Translations under genes and position numbers: made by a program | Shown here: one piece after another, positions 12,701-25,563 of the stretch | Numbering within the stretch: position 1 is the first letter of the stretch | Layout of the letters: the number at the start of each line of letters is the position of its first letter | Notes under the pieces: generated by a model | Databases searched by the model: none | The model's input: only the letters and a program-made list of their open reading frames with translations | What the model was told of the DNA's origin: nothing | Assembly: GCF_037042905.1 (NCBI RefSeq) | Contig: NC_087251.1 | Coordinates: forward strand, 18,230,001 to 18,294,000 | Reading direction: 5' to 3' | Source: Lytechinus pictus | Taxonomy: Eukaryota | Length of the DNA: 64,000 bases

Positions 12701-15700
12701 AATATCATTGATAACTAATATCAATATGTAATTAAGGACAATGAAAATAAAGTGGGCATTTACCAAATTTTCAGATAGGTGCATGGTGGAATAAGAACTG
12801 TTTATAAGTTTCCTTTCAAATTAAATTTCTGACAGTAAAACTCTGCAGATTTAGAAATCATAATGCAGAGAAAAGGTTTGATTTGTGTTCATTTTTTAAT
12901 GTTATTCTCCCTCATATTAAGCCTTTTGTCCCTCATTTATACCTTCTTTTATTCATTCATCCATTCCATTGAATCCAGCTCATATTTCATTTTGTGGTAA
13001 GTCTCTCTTTCACTCTTCCCCTTTCTATCACTCTCTCCACTGCTCTGTGCTTGGTGTTGGTATCATGGTACATCTTCTTTGCATGTAGGTTAAAGGGAAA
13101 GTCTACCCCACTCATCAAGATTATATTTGATAAAAGAAGGATAAATAATGAAGGCATGCTAACAGTCCATCAAAATAACAGTTTTGAATTTTCTAAGTTC
13201 GCATACAAGCAGTATAATATTAAAATGCTAGCAGCTCCTTCATACATAATGTATGTGTTCTAATATAAATTCCATAAAATATAATTTTCTCATACAAACA
13301 TACATTTATAATCAAACATATTCATGTATTAATATGAACAAAATAAATATTCATTCATCAAGAACCTATAGAAAGATAATTATGGAATTTATGTTATGAG
13401 CTGCTCATTTGTGGCATTGATCACAAAAATTATATAGAAACTTTAATTTGTTGATGGATAAGCCAAACCTTTATTGATATATTTTTACTTAAAACCAACT
13501 TGATGGAAGGGTGGATTCTCCCTTTAAAGTTTGCTCTATCATCACTAGTGGAACCTTTAGTAGTGGATGGATGTGTGTAGAGAGCGAGAGCTAGCTAATG
13601 TAGTCCTTCCCCTGTATGTGGACCCACACCCAGGAAATAAATTATACCTTGATAAATCAACAAGTGAAATTAGGGGTAGAGCGTGTCGTCCGTTATTGAA
13701 AGAATATCATGCTTTGATTAGATCTAAGAATGTGCACATCCAACTTGGGTAATCCATTAAAAAGACACATAATAAAGTTTGTTTGTAGTACCTATAATAT
13801 CTTGGATGTATGTATACAAGTTTTAAAATAAATATTGTGTGTATCCAGCTTGTACTCTATTCATAAACAATTTGAAGACATAATATTTTGCTCTATATTT
13901 GTTGTGATTTCATTTTATGATTTTATATCATTTACTTTGATTTGATTTTGTTTGTTTTTATTTGACTCTTCTGGCTGTTAAAGTTCTGTTTGTTTATGTA
14001 TTTGTATTTTGTTTATCTTAGTAATTGTTCCCTTTAATAAAGGTGGAACCTTTTTTTAATCAGACTTTTTATGTAGAGAAGTAAAAAGAACACACATTCT
14101 CTCAGACTATAAGATAGTTTCAGGGTTTTATTTACACTTGGGGGCAAGTTATTTTCAATAATATTCTCAGATGGAATTATTTTGCCAGTTAAAAATTATT
14201 TATTTTCACCCCTTTTCCCCAAAAAGAAAAAAACAAAAACAACAGAGAAACAATCATAGTGAATTTTATGAATTTCTTTGCTTTTGCAGGCTCTCATGTC
14301 ATTATGTATTTATGGTGCTTTCTGTATATATGATGTGATATATTTCTCTGAAAGTTGTTACAATATATATATATTTTTCTTCAATAATGATAAACAAAAA
14401 GATGAAATGCTGAACTTTAATAAAGTTGAAATTCTCTCCTTTTTTTCCAAGTACAATTGTTTGAGTGTTTTTGCTCAATTAAGAGATTTTAGTCATGCCT
14501 GATGGTCAATTGAAGAAAGCTTCTATGATTATGAAAGGGAATGGATGGAGTCATCTGAATCAAGCACTTGTAATTTTACTTGGTTTTTGTCTTTTTGGTC
14601 AATGTGCAATGTCAAACATAACGGGAAACTTTTGAACAAGAATGTATTTTCATTTCGCACTGTGTTGTGAAAGAGTGAATCTTTGTTTCATCTATAAAAA
14701 AAAAAGAGAGAAGAGAGAAAGAGAAAAAAATTGTGATAATTGGTCAAAAAGTTTTGTTTAGAAACATGCAAATAAGTTGTGATGATGTCTATGGCATGAT
14801 AGTGATCAAATTCCTCTAATCCAGTTCCCTCTTTCCGAAGTATGTTCACGTAATATGCATGATCTAGTAACTATTTACCAATAATTGAACAGTTTGTTAA
14901 ATTAGGTTATTCCCTGTACATACCCTATTTTTACCTAATTTATTATATTTGTTGTATAATCATAAAATGCAGATTTACGCCTGTCATAATGACCTTTCAA
15001 TTTCTGATTTTTCAGGGGCCCATTGGAGAAAGGGCTGTGTTTAAATATAATTAAGAAGAAGTCAATTTCAAGTGGTAGATCTATGCATGTTTCTAATTGG
15101 TTGATTATCAAGGTGCGTTCGATTTTGGAGATTTGTGTGATTGCAGATTGACCACACATTACTCAGCATCCATGCAGGTCCCTCGCTATGGAATTCCCTT
15201 CCACGGGAGATCTGGGATAGCAAGTGTGTGGAAAATTTAAAGATTAAGCTTAACACTTACCTCTATAACTCATTTTATCAATGAATTTTTTATTTGTTAC
15301 TTCGTTTGCTCCCCCTTCAATTGTGCGCCTTGAGCATCTCCTATGAGATGGATATGGTGCCTAATAAATTGCATTTATTATTATTGTAGAAATTATGTTT
15401 TTATTTACAAAGTAGCAACTTCATTTCTCATCAAGCTATATTATTTAATGGATGAAAATTTGGAGATTTGAAATTGATCTTCCATTACATCATTAACTTA
15501 ATCCATTAATAGACCCCAAATAATTAGTCAAAAGAAAGGTTGATCCCCAGTCTACTTACGGTACCGTAATAGTAAAAAAATATATAGTGCTTCGTACATG
15601 CACAGATGATATGCTTTATACATGCAGTGCAAGCACCATCGGCATATAACTAATGCAATTGTACGCAAATAATTGCAAGTCACATCTAACGCATTGAGCT

Positions 15701-18700
15701 TCAATATTATTTTGAGGTATAGATAGAGGTAAATTGCTAATGATCATTAAGAAGATAAATTGTAGTCATTGAATGAATGTCCAGACATTTGGCATATAAT
15801 CACCTACCAAGACAATTTTTCATTAAGAACAAAATGTTAATAAATTTTAAGTTGATTTGTAGTTATTATCTTGTTGGGTTCTGAGAAAATATTTATGAAG
15901 TAGAAAGGTGTCTAACACTACAATTTGATCAAGAACATGTAATGTACTTCTTTCTTCAATTACCAGTCAGAAAGTTCCATGTATAATGATTTTCTTTACC
16001 AGACACTTACAAGATGTGTTGCCTATTGTTGTTTACTGTATTTTCAGTAGTTTGGTAAAGTGGGCTATTCTCAAATACACCTACATGTACTTCTCTACAA
16101 GTCTACACTCCTTTTTGTATTTTATTGTTGTGCTTTTTTCATGATGATTTTAACAAGAGGTTATCTCGTTCACAGGCTTTGAATTAAATGTTCAATTTGA
16201 ATATTTTTTTGTTTATTTATTTATTTATTCATGCATGTTCACAATGTACAATGTAGAAGAATACACAGATATATATATAAAACACAAGTAAATAATGAAC
16301 ATACAAAGGTGTTGCAACATAAGCTTGACTGGTTGAAGCACCTTTTAACTGGTTTTGCATCCAAGCAAACAAAATAAAAAAATGTAAGAATAGGGAAGAG
16401 AGGAAAGAAAGAGAAGAATATAAAAGTGATAGACTGCCAAGATATAACATTTAAATTTCAAGTTGTTATGAATATATGGTTTGTTAGTATTAAACCAGGA
16501 CCCATATATTATATTCATAAAACTTGAATAAGCTTGATGCAAACTTATTGCATTTAACCACTTCCACATAGTATGAAGATAATTACTGTTTTTTTTTAAT
16601 AGGCCCTGGGTTTCAAATTCTGAACTTATTAGTTGACTATATATCATTGATTTCTCTCATTATTCACAATGTGTATTTAGAAAAATTACAAAAAATTGTA
16701 TGTAAGTGGACCCAGACCATCATTTGATAAATAAATATGTCAATAAAAAAAAATCTCATTGGACATACCCCACATGAACCTAGCCTCACCCTAATAATGA
16801 CTTTGTTTCTGTTTGTGTTTACAGCAAATGATGGATGAGTTATTGAGTGAAGATTCAGTTCATCTTAACAGACAGGATATATGGCAAGGTGAACGCTTTC
16901 ATCCCCAGGTACCCCTTCAAAGGTCATCTTCACTCAGCTTTCAACCAGGTAACATGATGTGTTCTGTGCAAACTGAATAGTTGTATCCTATTGTGTATTG
17001 CATTGTAAACCAGGGGGCTGTTTCACAAAGAGTGAAGTTGGACTTAAACTCACATGTGAATACCAATTGTTTATAAGGTATCAATACATTATTGCACTGG
17101 TCAAATTATTGCTCAGGAGCAACATGGTACATGGTGCTAGAAGCTCAATGGTGTCCTTTAAGAAATTGTATATTTTTAAAAATTTGTATATGACTCCTTG
17201 TCTCTATAATAAATATTTAAAAAACTTACTCTGTGTGTTTGAAATTCAATTTTTATTAAGTATTTCAGGTCAATAGGTTAGCTTCTAATATTACCTTGAG
17301 CAGTAAAAAATATTGCAATATTAATTTCTCTGTGACACATGCTGTAAAGTACTCAATGATCTAGTTCATGCTTGCCAAGGTAAAAGCTCTTTTTGGCTTC
17401 CGTAGTTAAACCATAGATTAAGGACATGGTTTGTTTGACTTAAACTAGAATTCAGAATAACGGCCTGTAAGTCCAACTTAACTTTAAACAACCCAATATA
17501 TATTTCAAAAGTTATTTTCACACTTCTTTCCCAAAGCTATTTGTATTTCTTTCTTCTTTAAAATTAAATTTGGTGAAATTATTATTAAACGCAAGTGATT
17601 ATATTCTATTTTAGATCAAACATCCCAAGGATTAGCAGGAAGTCCACCTATTCACATCAAGAAGAAACCATTCAATAAATCTGAGGTCAGTATCATCTTT
17701 TTTGTATGTTTATCTTTATTCTTTAATTTATTCATTTTTGTTTTCTTACTAATGCCTGTTTACTCAGACAGACAGGATTTCATTTGCAGATGGGAAATAC
17801 CTAAGAAAAGAAACAACTTATAATTTCAGCAAGCCAAAAATGGCTATTTCCCCCATTTTGTTCATTTATTTTATTGAAAATGAGGGTTTAAATATCATTG
17901 AAGATATGTATGCAGTACTGTTTACTCTCTGCTTTTGGGGGACCCAACAACTGTTCATTCAAGGTTAGGAGCAGCATGGAATATTATTAGATCATACTGT
18001 AATTATAATGGGAAAATAAATAGGTTCATCTGTAAAATAATGTAAAGCCACCTGTTGCTTATTTGTTTTGGAGTTATGTATAGTCATTTGTACCAATATA
18101 ATGCAAATTGATTTTGACTTGCCACATCAAAAGTTGATGCTTTTTGCCAAGTTTCTAGTTATTATTTGATTCTGGAATTATATGAACTTGCTGCTCATTG
18201 TTTCAAAATCCCATTGCTATTGGCATCCATTCCTCTATTAAAGTGCACCTCCAAATTTGAAGCTTGCTTCCATGTCAACCTGTACACTTCAGGACACTGT
18301 GTACATGTATATGGGTACTCGTTAGACAGATCTAACCCTTTTTATCTTTGTGTTTCAGTTTTGATAGTGATTTCAAATTTTCAGAATATCAACGAAAAAT
18401 TATTTTGACCATGATGGGGGTATAAAGTGATCATGCATGCTTCTTTGAACACTGTCAGTATACATTATTCAGAAGTAACTAGGGCATACAGTGTATGACA
18501 TGATATAATGGCTAAAAATGTAACAGATGAAGGAAGTAATAGTGACACGATTTGTAATGCCTGGGACTGATGTGCATTGTGGATTGCAAGTGGATGCACA
18601 GTATAGCTGAAGATGTCTGATAACGGATGAATTGTTTTATCTTTTACATTCATGCATTCAGTCTGCGAATGACTTGATCGTTGTGACCAAGGTTAATCCA

Positions 18701-21700
18701 TGTTTTTTTGTCTGCGTTTGTTCCACATTATCCATTTATGTTGTTCTGCATGGAACATTGTAGATTAGAACAGAGATGATTGTTTTTCTCATTTTACTAA
18801 TTCATCTGGACTCTGGATCAATGAAATTCAGAGGATAACTATAATATCCTTATGATTGAAATTAGAATTATATTAGAAATTAAAGAATAAACTAATGTAT
18901 ATTTCTGATTATCATGTAGTATATTCTGTTCAGTATTGTTTGATGTATAGTTTTCTAACTTCCATAGACATCTCTTATCTTATTTCTATGGTTGTCATGA
19001 ATTCTTATCTAATATTACAACAAACACTTAAAAAAATTTTATCAAGTGATGTGAATAAATTGATTACAACATTTAGAAAAACCTTATGATGATTCAACAA
19101 ACACTCTATTTTACTAATGAACATCTAAATAAATGAAAAAAATATACATATTTTAAAAACATTTCTGAGCTTTTTCCATTAATAATGTTTCTTTTTCAAT
19201 GTTGCTGGTGTATATTAGTCCTTGTGTATCATTTCTTAGTTTTAAATTCATTCAACGTTTTAATAACTTACACTGTTTGTACTGTACAATTTGGATAAAA
19301 ACTATTGCAAATTGATTCATATTTCTTCAATTATCCCACAAGAAATGGAAAAATTGGGGATGTTTACTGATGAAATTTTCCCTTGTTTTATCCACTATTT
19401 TATTTTTCCATCCCATATTGATATAATTGGATCATTGTAGAGTCAGGAACAGGACTGTGTAGTGAGTACCCAAGCATGATAACCCTATTTGTTTCATGCA
19501 TGTGCATCATTCTCATTAACTGCTCTATCTAAATACATTCATTTTAAAGATTCACATTTTTCTTTCTGTTAGGTAGCTTTGAAGATAAAAAAAATTGGGT
19601 AAATTTTCTTTCATCCTTTGGACAAAGTGGTGAAAGGAAATTGAATTTAAAGCTACCCATATCATTGTTCATAATATATCTGTATACAGAAAATTAGTTA
19701 ACCCTTATCTTCAGAATATAAATAAATTACTACAAAAGAAGAAAATTCTTGATTTTTCAGATAGGGAAAGAACAAATCACAGTAGGTAGTGACAATAGTG
19801 ACACAGATATATTTTGGAAAATATATTGAAAAGAAAAAAAAAAACTAATTTCAGAAGTGCAACCTTGTCAATCTCGAATCCTCTAATGTGAAATAAAACA
19901 AATATGATTGAATTTGTATCATTATAAAGGGCAGAAATACAAACTCAAATATCTATGGTGCCCATGAATTGTAAATGCCAAAGATAGAATTAATTCTTCT
20001 CTTCCATGTTATGAAACTTGTCTTGTCTTGTTCGTGCCGTTATATATGTTTCCCTCTTATTATTACATGTAATTTTTTTTTTGGGGGGGGGGGGTTAAAG
20101 GTATTCGATACTTCTCAACTTTTTGAACATTAGTATGTCTGGCAGGCTACTACCTAAATTGAATTAAGCATGGATTCCTATGAATTATCCTGATAAGAGG
20201 TCAGATTTTCATTTGAGATAATTTGACCTTTTCCGTTTTGGATCTGGAAGCTTGCCAAGTAAAACTTTTATCAAAATATCAAGCGTTTTAGACTTCAGCC
20301 CTTTGCATTGGCCAGTTTAATGTTGAATTAAATTTACCATGATAGAGTGGATGAATTATGATATGCCTTATGATTTTACATGAAGATATCAAAATGGCCA
20401 ATGTAACCTGCAAATGTTACAGTTGAGACTTTTCATTTTAAGGCAAGACTCTTAAGAAAGGTAGAGTAATATAGACTTGGTAGTAGTAATTTAATTCAAT
20501 TTTTCATGGAACAAGACTTATACAAGTTCACACGTAGAAACATGACAAGTCAATACTGGATTCCTGTAAGTTGCTTTATTTTGAAAGGGAGACATTATCA
20601 AAGTATTTGAGAACTTTTAAAGCTGCAATGTGTATTTGATCACCTTTCATAATTTCTGTAGAAAATATCATGTTTCTTGTATTCTTTGTTTCAGTCAGGC
20701 TGAAATTCATTTTTCATTCTTTTTTTTAATATGAAATCATTCCTTTTATTTTTTCATATCGCTTTAACATTAAGATATTTAAAAAATAAAAACAACCCAC
20801 TTTCAGCATCTGGTAATTCTAATCCATTTCATGAATTAAAAGTATTAGATGTAGATCAAAATTACAATCTCTAACATTCTTTCAAGATTTTATTTATTAT
20901 TAAACAACTCATCATTTGCTAAAAGTTCAGCTCAACTAATTAATCTGCCATGTACTGTATCATCTCAATAGCAGATCTGTAGACCATTGTCTTGTTTTTT
21001 CTTTATCAAACTGCATAAATGTTGCCAAGACTAATTTCTTAATGATGAAAGAATGTAGATACGGATTGATATCCTTTCCACAGATAACATACATTAAGCA
21101 AGGGGGGGGGGGGGGACTTTTTTTGTATGTGATTTTATGTGAGTGGAGCTCTTCTGTAAGCATAGAATAGTTCATGAAGTGTTACAGTGGTTTCTGTTAT
21201 AAAAATTGCTTTCAGCAAATAAAGCTCTATAAATTTGTATTGCAATTCTAAAAACATGACAGGAAATATAATGTAATAAAGTAGATTTATCATTATTGAT
21301 CTTCCAATTTGGGTTTTCACCATGGAATTGGAGATCAGTTGCCAGGATTTTTATTTTAAAGTATCTGAATAAATCAACTTCTTGAAAAGCTCTCCTGATC
21401 AACGAGAACTTTTATGTCTGCATGTAAGTTTTGTATCGTGTTCTCTATTGTGAGCAAGTTCATCTTCAGTGTGCATGCTAATGTAAGAGTAAATTTAAAT
21501 GTTGGGATATTGTATTTTATATATCGGGATGTAATTTGTCATTCATCTCATCATGAAGATATTCATCATTTCATGTGGTCCATAAGATTCATGATTTTTC
21601 AAAATAACAAATTTTGATTTGCATTTTGAGCTTGAATACTTAGACTGAACTATCGAAGTAAAATAATGGTGATGAGGAGGAGGAAGAGAAGGGGTGGGGG

Positions 21701-24700
21701 GGAGGGCTACAAGAATGCTGATCGTAAAATTGATGAGAATGACATCAGTGATGATGGTGATGATGGCGATGACCTTGGTGTTGATAACCTTGATGGTGAA
21801 AGATATTCTTTGTCCAATGAAGGTGCATGCAGAACTTTTTGTTTTAAAGGACAAAATGAATCATTCAGTTTCTGTATCATGTATTGTAGGATGGTGGAGT
21901 AATTTTTGCTACATTGCATGTTTCATGTGTACATTTATGTAAAAAAATTGTTCCCATTACATACATTTCATTAATGCTATGTGGATTCTGGCAAGTCTTG
22001 GTATTTTACCAATCTTATTTCATGCATCGTGTCATTGCCAGTCTTCGTTACCTAATAGAGAATGCATTTGTTTAAAGAAAAGTGAAGATTTGCGAAGTGA
22101 AAGTTTTCATTTCTATAAAAAAAAAAAATGAATATGTTTAGGATGAGTATTTTGAATGTCAATGTACAAGAGCCTGTAATGAAAGTTAGCGGTTGTTGAG
22201 CTGTTTTATTTTTACGCAAAAGACTTTTTGGTCATGATGGCAGTGCTATTCCTTTGTAATCAGTATTAGCCTCTGAAGGTACATGTAGTTTATGAAGTGT
22301 TTCTTCCTCATTGTGATGAAATACAGAAAAAAAATTATTGACATGGAGCTATAAAATCTACTCTTCTGTAAAGCTTCTCTGCAGTTGCTAGAAATCTGTT
22401 CTAGTTATACCAAAAATCACTTAATTTTCACTTTTTTCTACTTTCTTGCATTTTTCACTCTTAATGAATGTACCTCTGCATGCATCCAAATGACTATGTC
22501 GTATGCCTTCATGATATTTTTGTAAAGTTCAAGTGCCACTTGAAAACTTGGCTATCAACACTTCTCAACTAAAAATAATAAGAATAAAAAGATTACTTTG
22601 TCCATTGTCCTCAAAGTCGGGAAAAGTTTGATCCATGGATGTTACTTACTGTTCCCCTCTGTTGGTTTGAATATTAAAGTGACATTGATATATTTTTTAT
22701 CTTGCAGTCGTTTGATAGTCTTGTGTTATCATCCATCCATCACTTGTCTATCAAGATGAAAGATTCTGCCGACAAAATTGCCTACAAACTGAAGTAAGAT
22801 ATCAGTCCACCAGGACATTTTCAAACGCACTTTATAATGGTGTGCATGACTTTTCTTATTTTCGTGAACGTGAAACAGGGAAATAAATTACATGAGGGCA
22901 CGATTTATATTAAAATCCCCGATAAATGATCGAAATAGCCCAGGAAATTGCTTTAGTGTCCAATACAATGTAACAAATTTTGGCTGATGAGCTCAAAAAG
23001 TAGCCCAGATAATTGTTATGAATTTTTCTCTTGATATGTATTTGTGAGAGTTAAATGTATTTGTAATTGTTTCCCTACTGCTCGCCATTCCAGTCCTTAG
23101 GTGTATCATAAACAGTTTTCACAGTCACTTTCAGACAGGTCCCTCCATTGTTTTAATTAATAAAACCAGAACTTCATTTTATCTTTGAAGTATAGGATAG
23201 TGAGATTTTATGAGATAGAGTTGCTGGGGAATGATGAGACCTTTGGAGGATATCCTGCCCTATTTACTGAGCAGCATTCAGGAATACCATCCAGGCACAG
23301 CATCTGTGTCAGATGTATCAAAATGGCAAAGTCACGACGATTTTAATAGATCCCGAGCTTAATATCAACCATCCTAGATTTCTAACTTGCACCCGGTGTG
23401 GTTTTATAGAGGGCTATGACCTCGTCACCAAGGCTTTATGAGATTTCATATTTTACTCAAAAAAATTGAACCCCCCCCCCCCCTGCATGATGAAAGTCCA
23501 TCACATGATGCTTGATAACAGGCATACCGAATCAAGTTATGTACATGTAGTGAATGTTTTAGAAATATGTTCGCTTTCGGGAAGACTAGATGAGATGAAG
23601 AGATGAGATAAATTTTAAGGTTTTCAATGATGGGTTTTGTTTTGGAATGAGTCCTTGATTAATTTTGAATGATGACATGTCTAAAATTATTTTATATAAT
23701 GGAGGTTACTTAGTTAATCAGTAAAAAGCCAGATGCCTATACTTTATCATTTATGTTTAGGGGGACCTGAAACATATAACTCACATGTATGAGCACAAGT
23801 GAGAATGATCTTGGGACATGTGAACCAGCATTGAGAATAATACTGTATGATTTGATTGCTCAATGTGTTTATTTTACCTTCCTTTTTATTTTACAGGAAG
23901 CTGCAGCAGCCAGGGGCCAGTGAAGATGAGTTGTCGAAAGTGTTAAGAGACAGCGATTTTCCTCTCCTCAAAACCAACAACAAGGAGATAGCTGGTATCC
24001 TCCAAAACCTGCGGAAGATGGAGAAACGACTGGAAGGTGAGATGTCTTCTTCAATGTAAACACTGCTTAGTGTATCTATGACATCTCTAAAGGGTGACTC
24101 TACAGATGCTCCGGCTACAATTGTCCCTCTCTTGATTCCTCTGGAAACATTTCGGGGCTAGATTTGTGAGGGGTTTTGGTTCTGACTAATTTGAGTATTA
24201 AGATTATGATTATGGTTAGGTTAAGGTTTGGGATTAGATTTGCAATTGACCTAATGTACTGATTTTTTTTGACAGCCAAGTGTCATGGACCCCTCTTAAA
24301 ATATTTTCATAAAGGAAATGTTTTGGGGTCAGTAGAAAAGTTCTCGGCTGTGGACCATGAAAACCAGGGTTCAATCCCAATAACATTGGTGCACTTTTGA
24401 TAGCAAGACATAAATCTAAAATTGCAGATCTGTTAAGTGGGTACCTGGTAGGATATGAAAGTCAGTGTAGTTGCTAGCAATGTGTGTTCCATGGTGTCTT
24501 GCTAGAATACTCAACCAGGGAGTGGAGAATGTCCATGTATTATTTTACATATGATGTGGCAAGTCACAGATCAAACGCTAGGTTGTATATTTGTATCATT
24601 ATCGTTGGTCTTATTGTTATTTTCATGATGATGATTATGATTATTTTTATGACTATCATAAACACATTTTAGACTTGGTCATATAACAAATATTAAATCA

Positions 24701-25063
24701 ATTTCCTTTTTTAAAAGGTACATTTTTATGACATGTATATTCAAAATCAAAGCTTGTGTCACTCTTATTTATTATTTCTATTGTTTATTGTTGTTGATAG
24801 AAATCCATGGCATGGTGGATCCTCGGAATGAGATCAAGCTTCCTGAACAACTCTCTCCAGTCAATCAAATGAGGCGACAGTACGCCACAGAGTTTAACTT
24901 TGCTACTGTTTCTGACTCTGAGGCACCCTTACCCATGACAACAAGACACATTGGTCGTGCCCCAGTCAACACTAACCTTCAGAGGCAGAGGCACACTCAG
25001 CAGCAGCAGCAGCAGCAACAACAACAGTATCAAGAACATGATGAAGAAGAATATTATCTATAA
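644..25063 (+). CDS. CEP170: CEP170/CEP170B-like centrosomal protein, 5'-partial multi-exon gene (FHA-domain exons lie upstream of the window)
   Basis: Exons 644-781, 1031-1413, 2927-3038, 3527-4050, 5893-6076, 8849-10671, 16825-16948, 17615-17685, 22708-22793, 23897-24036 and 24801-25063 all have AG/GT boundaries and matching phases. CEP170-family motifs are recognisable: PLYGQPAWWG, FTIDF, SETGTYTIE, WVQQWA, and the C-terminal DSLVLSSIHHLS...LKTNNKEIAGILQNLRKMEKRLEEIHGMVDP. Confidence 0.9.
1031..1413 (+). CDS. CEP170: CEP170-like exon (FTIDF motif)
   Basis: cag|GTT...CAA|gttagt; phase 1 to 0; includes ORF 1102-1440. Confidence 0.85.
2927..3038 (+). CDS. CEP170: CEP170-like exon (SPRASPLSSR...PGYQ)
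   Basis: cag|AGC...CAAG|gtagcg; open frame, phase 0 to 1, bridges the neighbouring exons. Confidence 0.75.
3527..4050 (+). CDS. CEP170: CEP170-like exon (SETGTYTIE motif, acidic)
   Basis: cag|GA...AAG|gtaaga; phase 1 to 0; ORF 3547-4161. Confidence 0.88.
5893..6076 (+). CDS. CEP170: CEP170-like exon (WVQQWA motif)
   Basis: cag|CAT...AGAG|gtaagg; phase 0 to 1. Confidence 0.85.
8849..10671 (+). CDS. CEP170: CEP170-like large Ser/Arg-rich disordered exon
   Basis: cag|AT...CAG|gtaaga; 1823 nt, phase 1 to 0; ORF 8794-10686. Confidence 0.9.
10843..11844. mobile_element. Non-autonomous fold-back DNA transposon (Kolobok-type MITE) hosting a nested insertion
   Basis: Termini AGGGATGGTCCAGGCTGAAA / TTTCAGCCTGGACCATCCCT with about 200-bp inverted arms; degenerate TTAA-like flanks (TTGA/TGAA); related to the element at 30463-31010. 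Confidence 0.8.
11140..11559. mobile_element. PIF/Harbinger-type MITE nested in the Kolobok-type MITE
   Basis: About 65-bp TIRs starting AGGCCACCGCACACCTTACGAC with 2 mismatches; 3-bp TAA target duplication (11137-11139 / 11560-11562); GC-rich relative to its flanks. Confidence 0.85.
13094..13523. mobile_element. Degenerate Kolobok-type MITE
   Basis: TTAA on both sides; imperfect TIRs AGGGAAAGTCTACCC / GGGTGGATTCTCCCT. Confidence 0.55.
15100..15385 (+). mobile_element. 3' fragment of a CR1/L2-type LINE
   Basis: Reads HAGPSLWNSLPREIWDSKCVENLKIKLNTYL, a typical L2/Crack ORF2 C-terminus, followed by GCGCCTTGAGC...AATAAAT and an (ATT)n tail. Confidence 0.65.
16205..16350 (-). mobile_element. 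Possible LINE 3' end (stem-loop plus (AAAT)n tail)
   Basis: (TTTA)n at about 16212-16229 and a hairpin AAAGGTG...CACCTTT at about 16304-16344. Confidence 0.35.
16825..16948 (+). CDS. CEP170: CEP170-like exon (QMMDELLSEDSV...)
   Basis: cag|CAA...CCAG|gtaaca; open frame, phase 0 to 1. Confidence 0.75.
17615..17685 (+). CDS. CEP170: CEP170-like exon (DQTSQGLAGSPPIHIKKKPFNKSE)
   Basis: tag|AT...GAG|gtcagt; phase 1 to 0. Confidence 0.75.
22708..22793 (+). CDS. CEP170: CEP170 C-terminal domain exon (SFDSLVLSSIHHLSIKMKDSADKIAYKL)
   Basis: cag|TCG...GAA|gtaaga; phase 0 to 2; resembles the conserved CEP170 C-terminal helix. Confidence 0.85.
23897..24036 (+). CDS. CEP170: CEP170 C-terminal domain exon (LKTNNKEIAGILQNLRKMEKRLE)
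   Basis: cag|G...GAAG|gtgaga; phase 2 to 1. Confidence 0.88.
24327..24610 (+). mobile_element. Degenerate tRNA-derived SINE
   Basis: B-box-like GGGTTCAATCCC near 24367, followed by AGCAAGACA and GTGGGTACCTG segments typical of SINE central domains, then an AT-rich tail. Confidence 0.45.
24801..25063 (+). CDS. CEP170: CEP170-like last coding exon, with Q10 tract and stop
   Basis: tag|AA ATC CAT GGC ATG GTG GAT CCT...TAA. Confidence 0.85.
24998..25027 (+). repeat. (CAG)6(CAA)3CAG coding microsatellite, polyQ10
   Basis: Directly visible in the CEP170-like last exon. Confidence 0.95.
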
Positions 25064-25487
25064 GGTTTATCTTAAACCCAACGGACTTCATGACAATGAC
25101 AAAGAGACATGTCTTTGTTGTCACTGATTCGTTAGATGGGAGTCAGAAACATTTTAAGAACAAGATAAGGAAGGGTATTATGAGCAGTATTGATCTGAAT
25201 TCCCAAAGACTTCATGGTGACACATTTCAGATCACAGTTACATTTAGATTAAGAGGCTCCATGGCACGAAACATGTCTACTTTGCCCAGCCCTCGTCTAC
25301 AATCTAACAAGGATGGGTATCATTACATGTATGTCTGAGTTTCTGAGACCCTTTTGGCCAACAAGTGCAAAACTATTAAAAAGAGTGTGATTTACTGAAG
25401 CAACAGCAGCTCAAGAATTGGTATGAATCTGTAGACTAATGTTGCTGTGAGGAAGACGTTGGTTTGCCAAGTTTCTGCACATCCCAA

Positions 25488-25563
25488 TCTTCAGTGATTG
25501 CTGTCTGATCTTCAGAGATTAGTATTCAGTCTTCATAGATTGGTATCCAGTCTTCAGAGATTG
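25488..25563. repeat. 21-bp minisatellite, about 3.6 units (TCTTCAGAGATT core), in the putative CEP170 3'UTR
   Basis: Units start at 25488, 25509, 25530 and 25551. Confidence 0.7.

Noticed and set aside
18764..18838. Additional CEP170 exon after cattgtag (IRTEMI...)
   Set aside because: The acceptor is plausible, but there is no good donor and the frame stops after 24 codons.
21666..21902. Acidic ORF (MVMRRRKRR...DDGDDGDD) as a CEP170 exon or small gene
   Set aside because: It derives from GAT/GGT and purine low-complexity sequence, lacks convincing splice sites and is not needed for phase continuity.
24327..24400. tRNA gene
   Set aside because: Only a B-box-like remnant with no cloverleaf; better explained as a SINE head.
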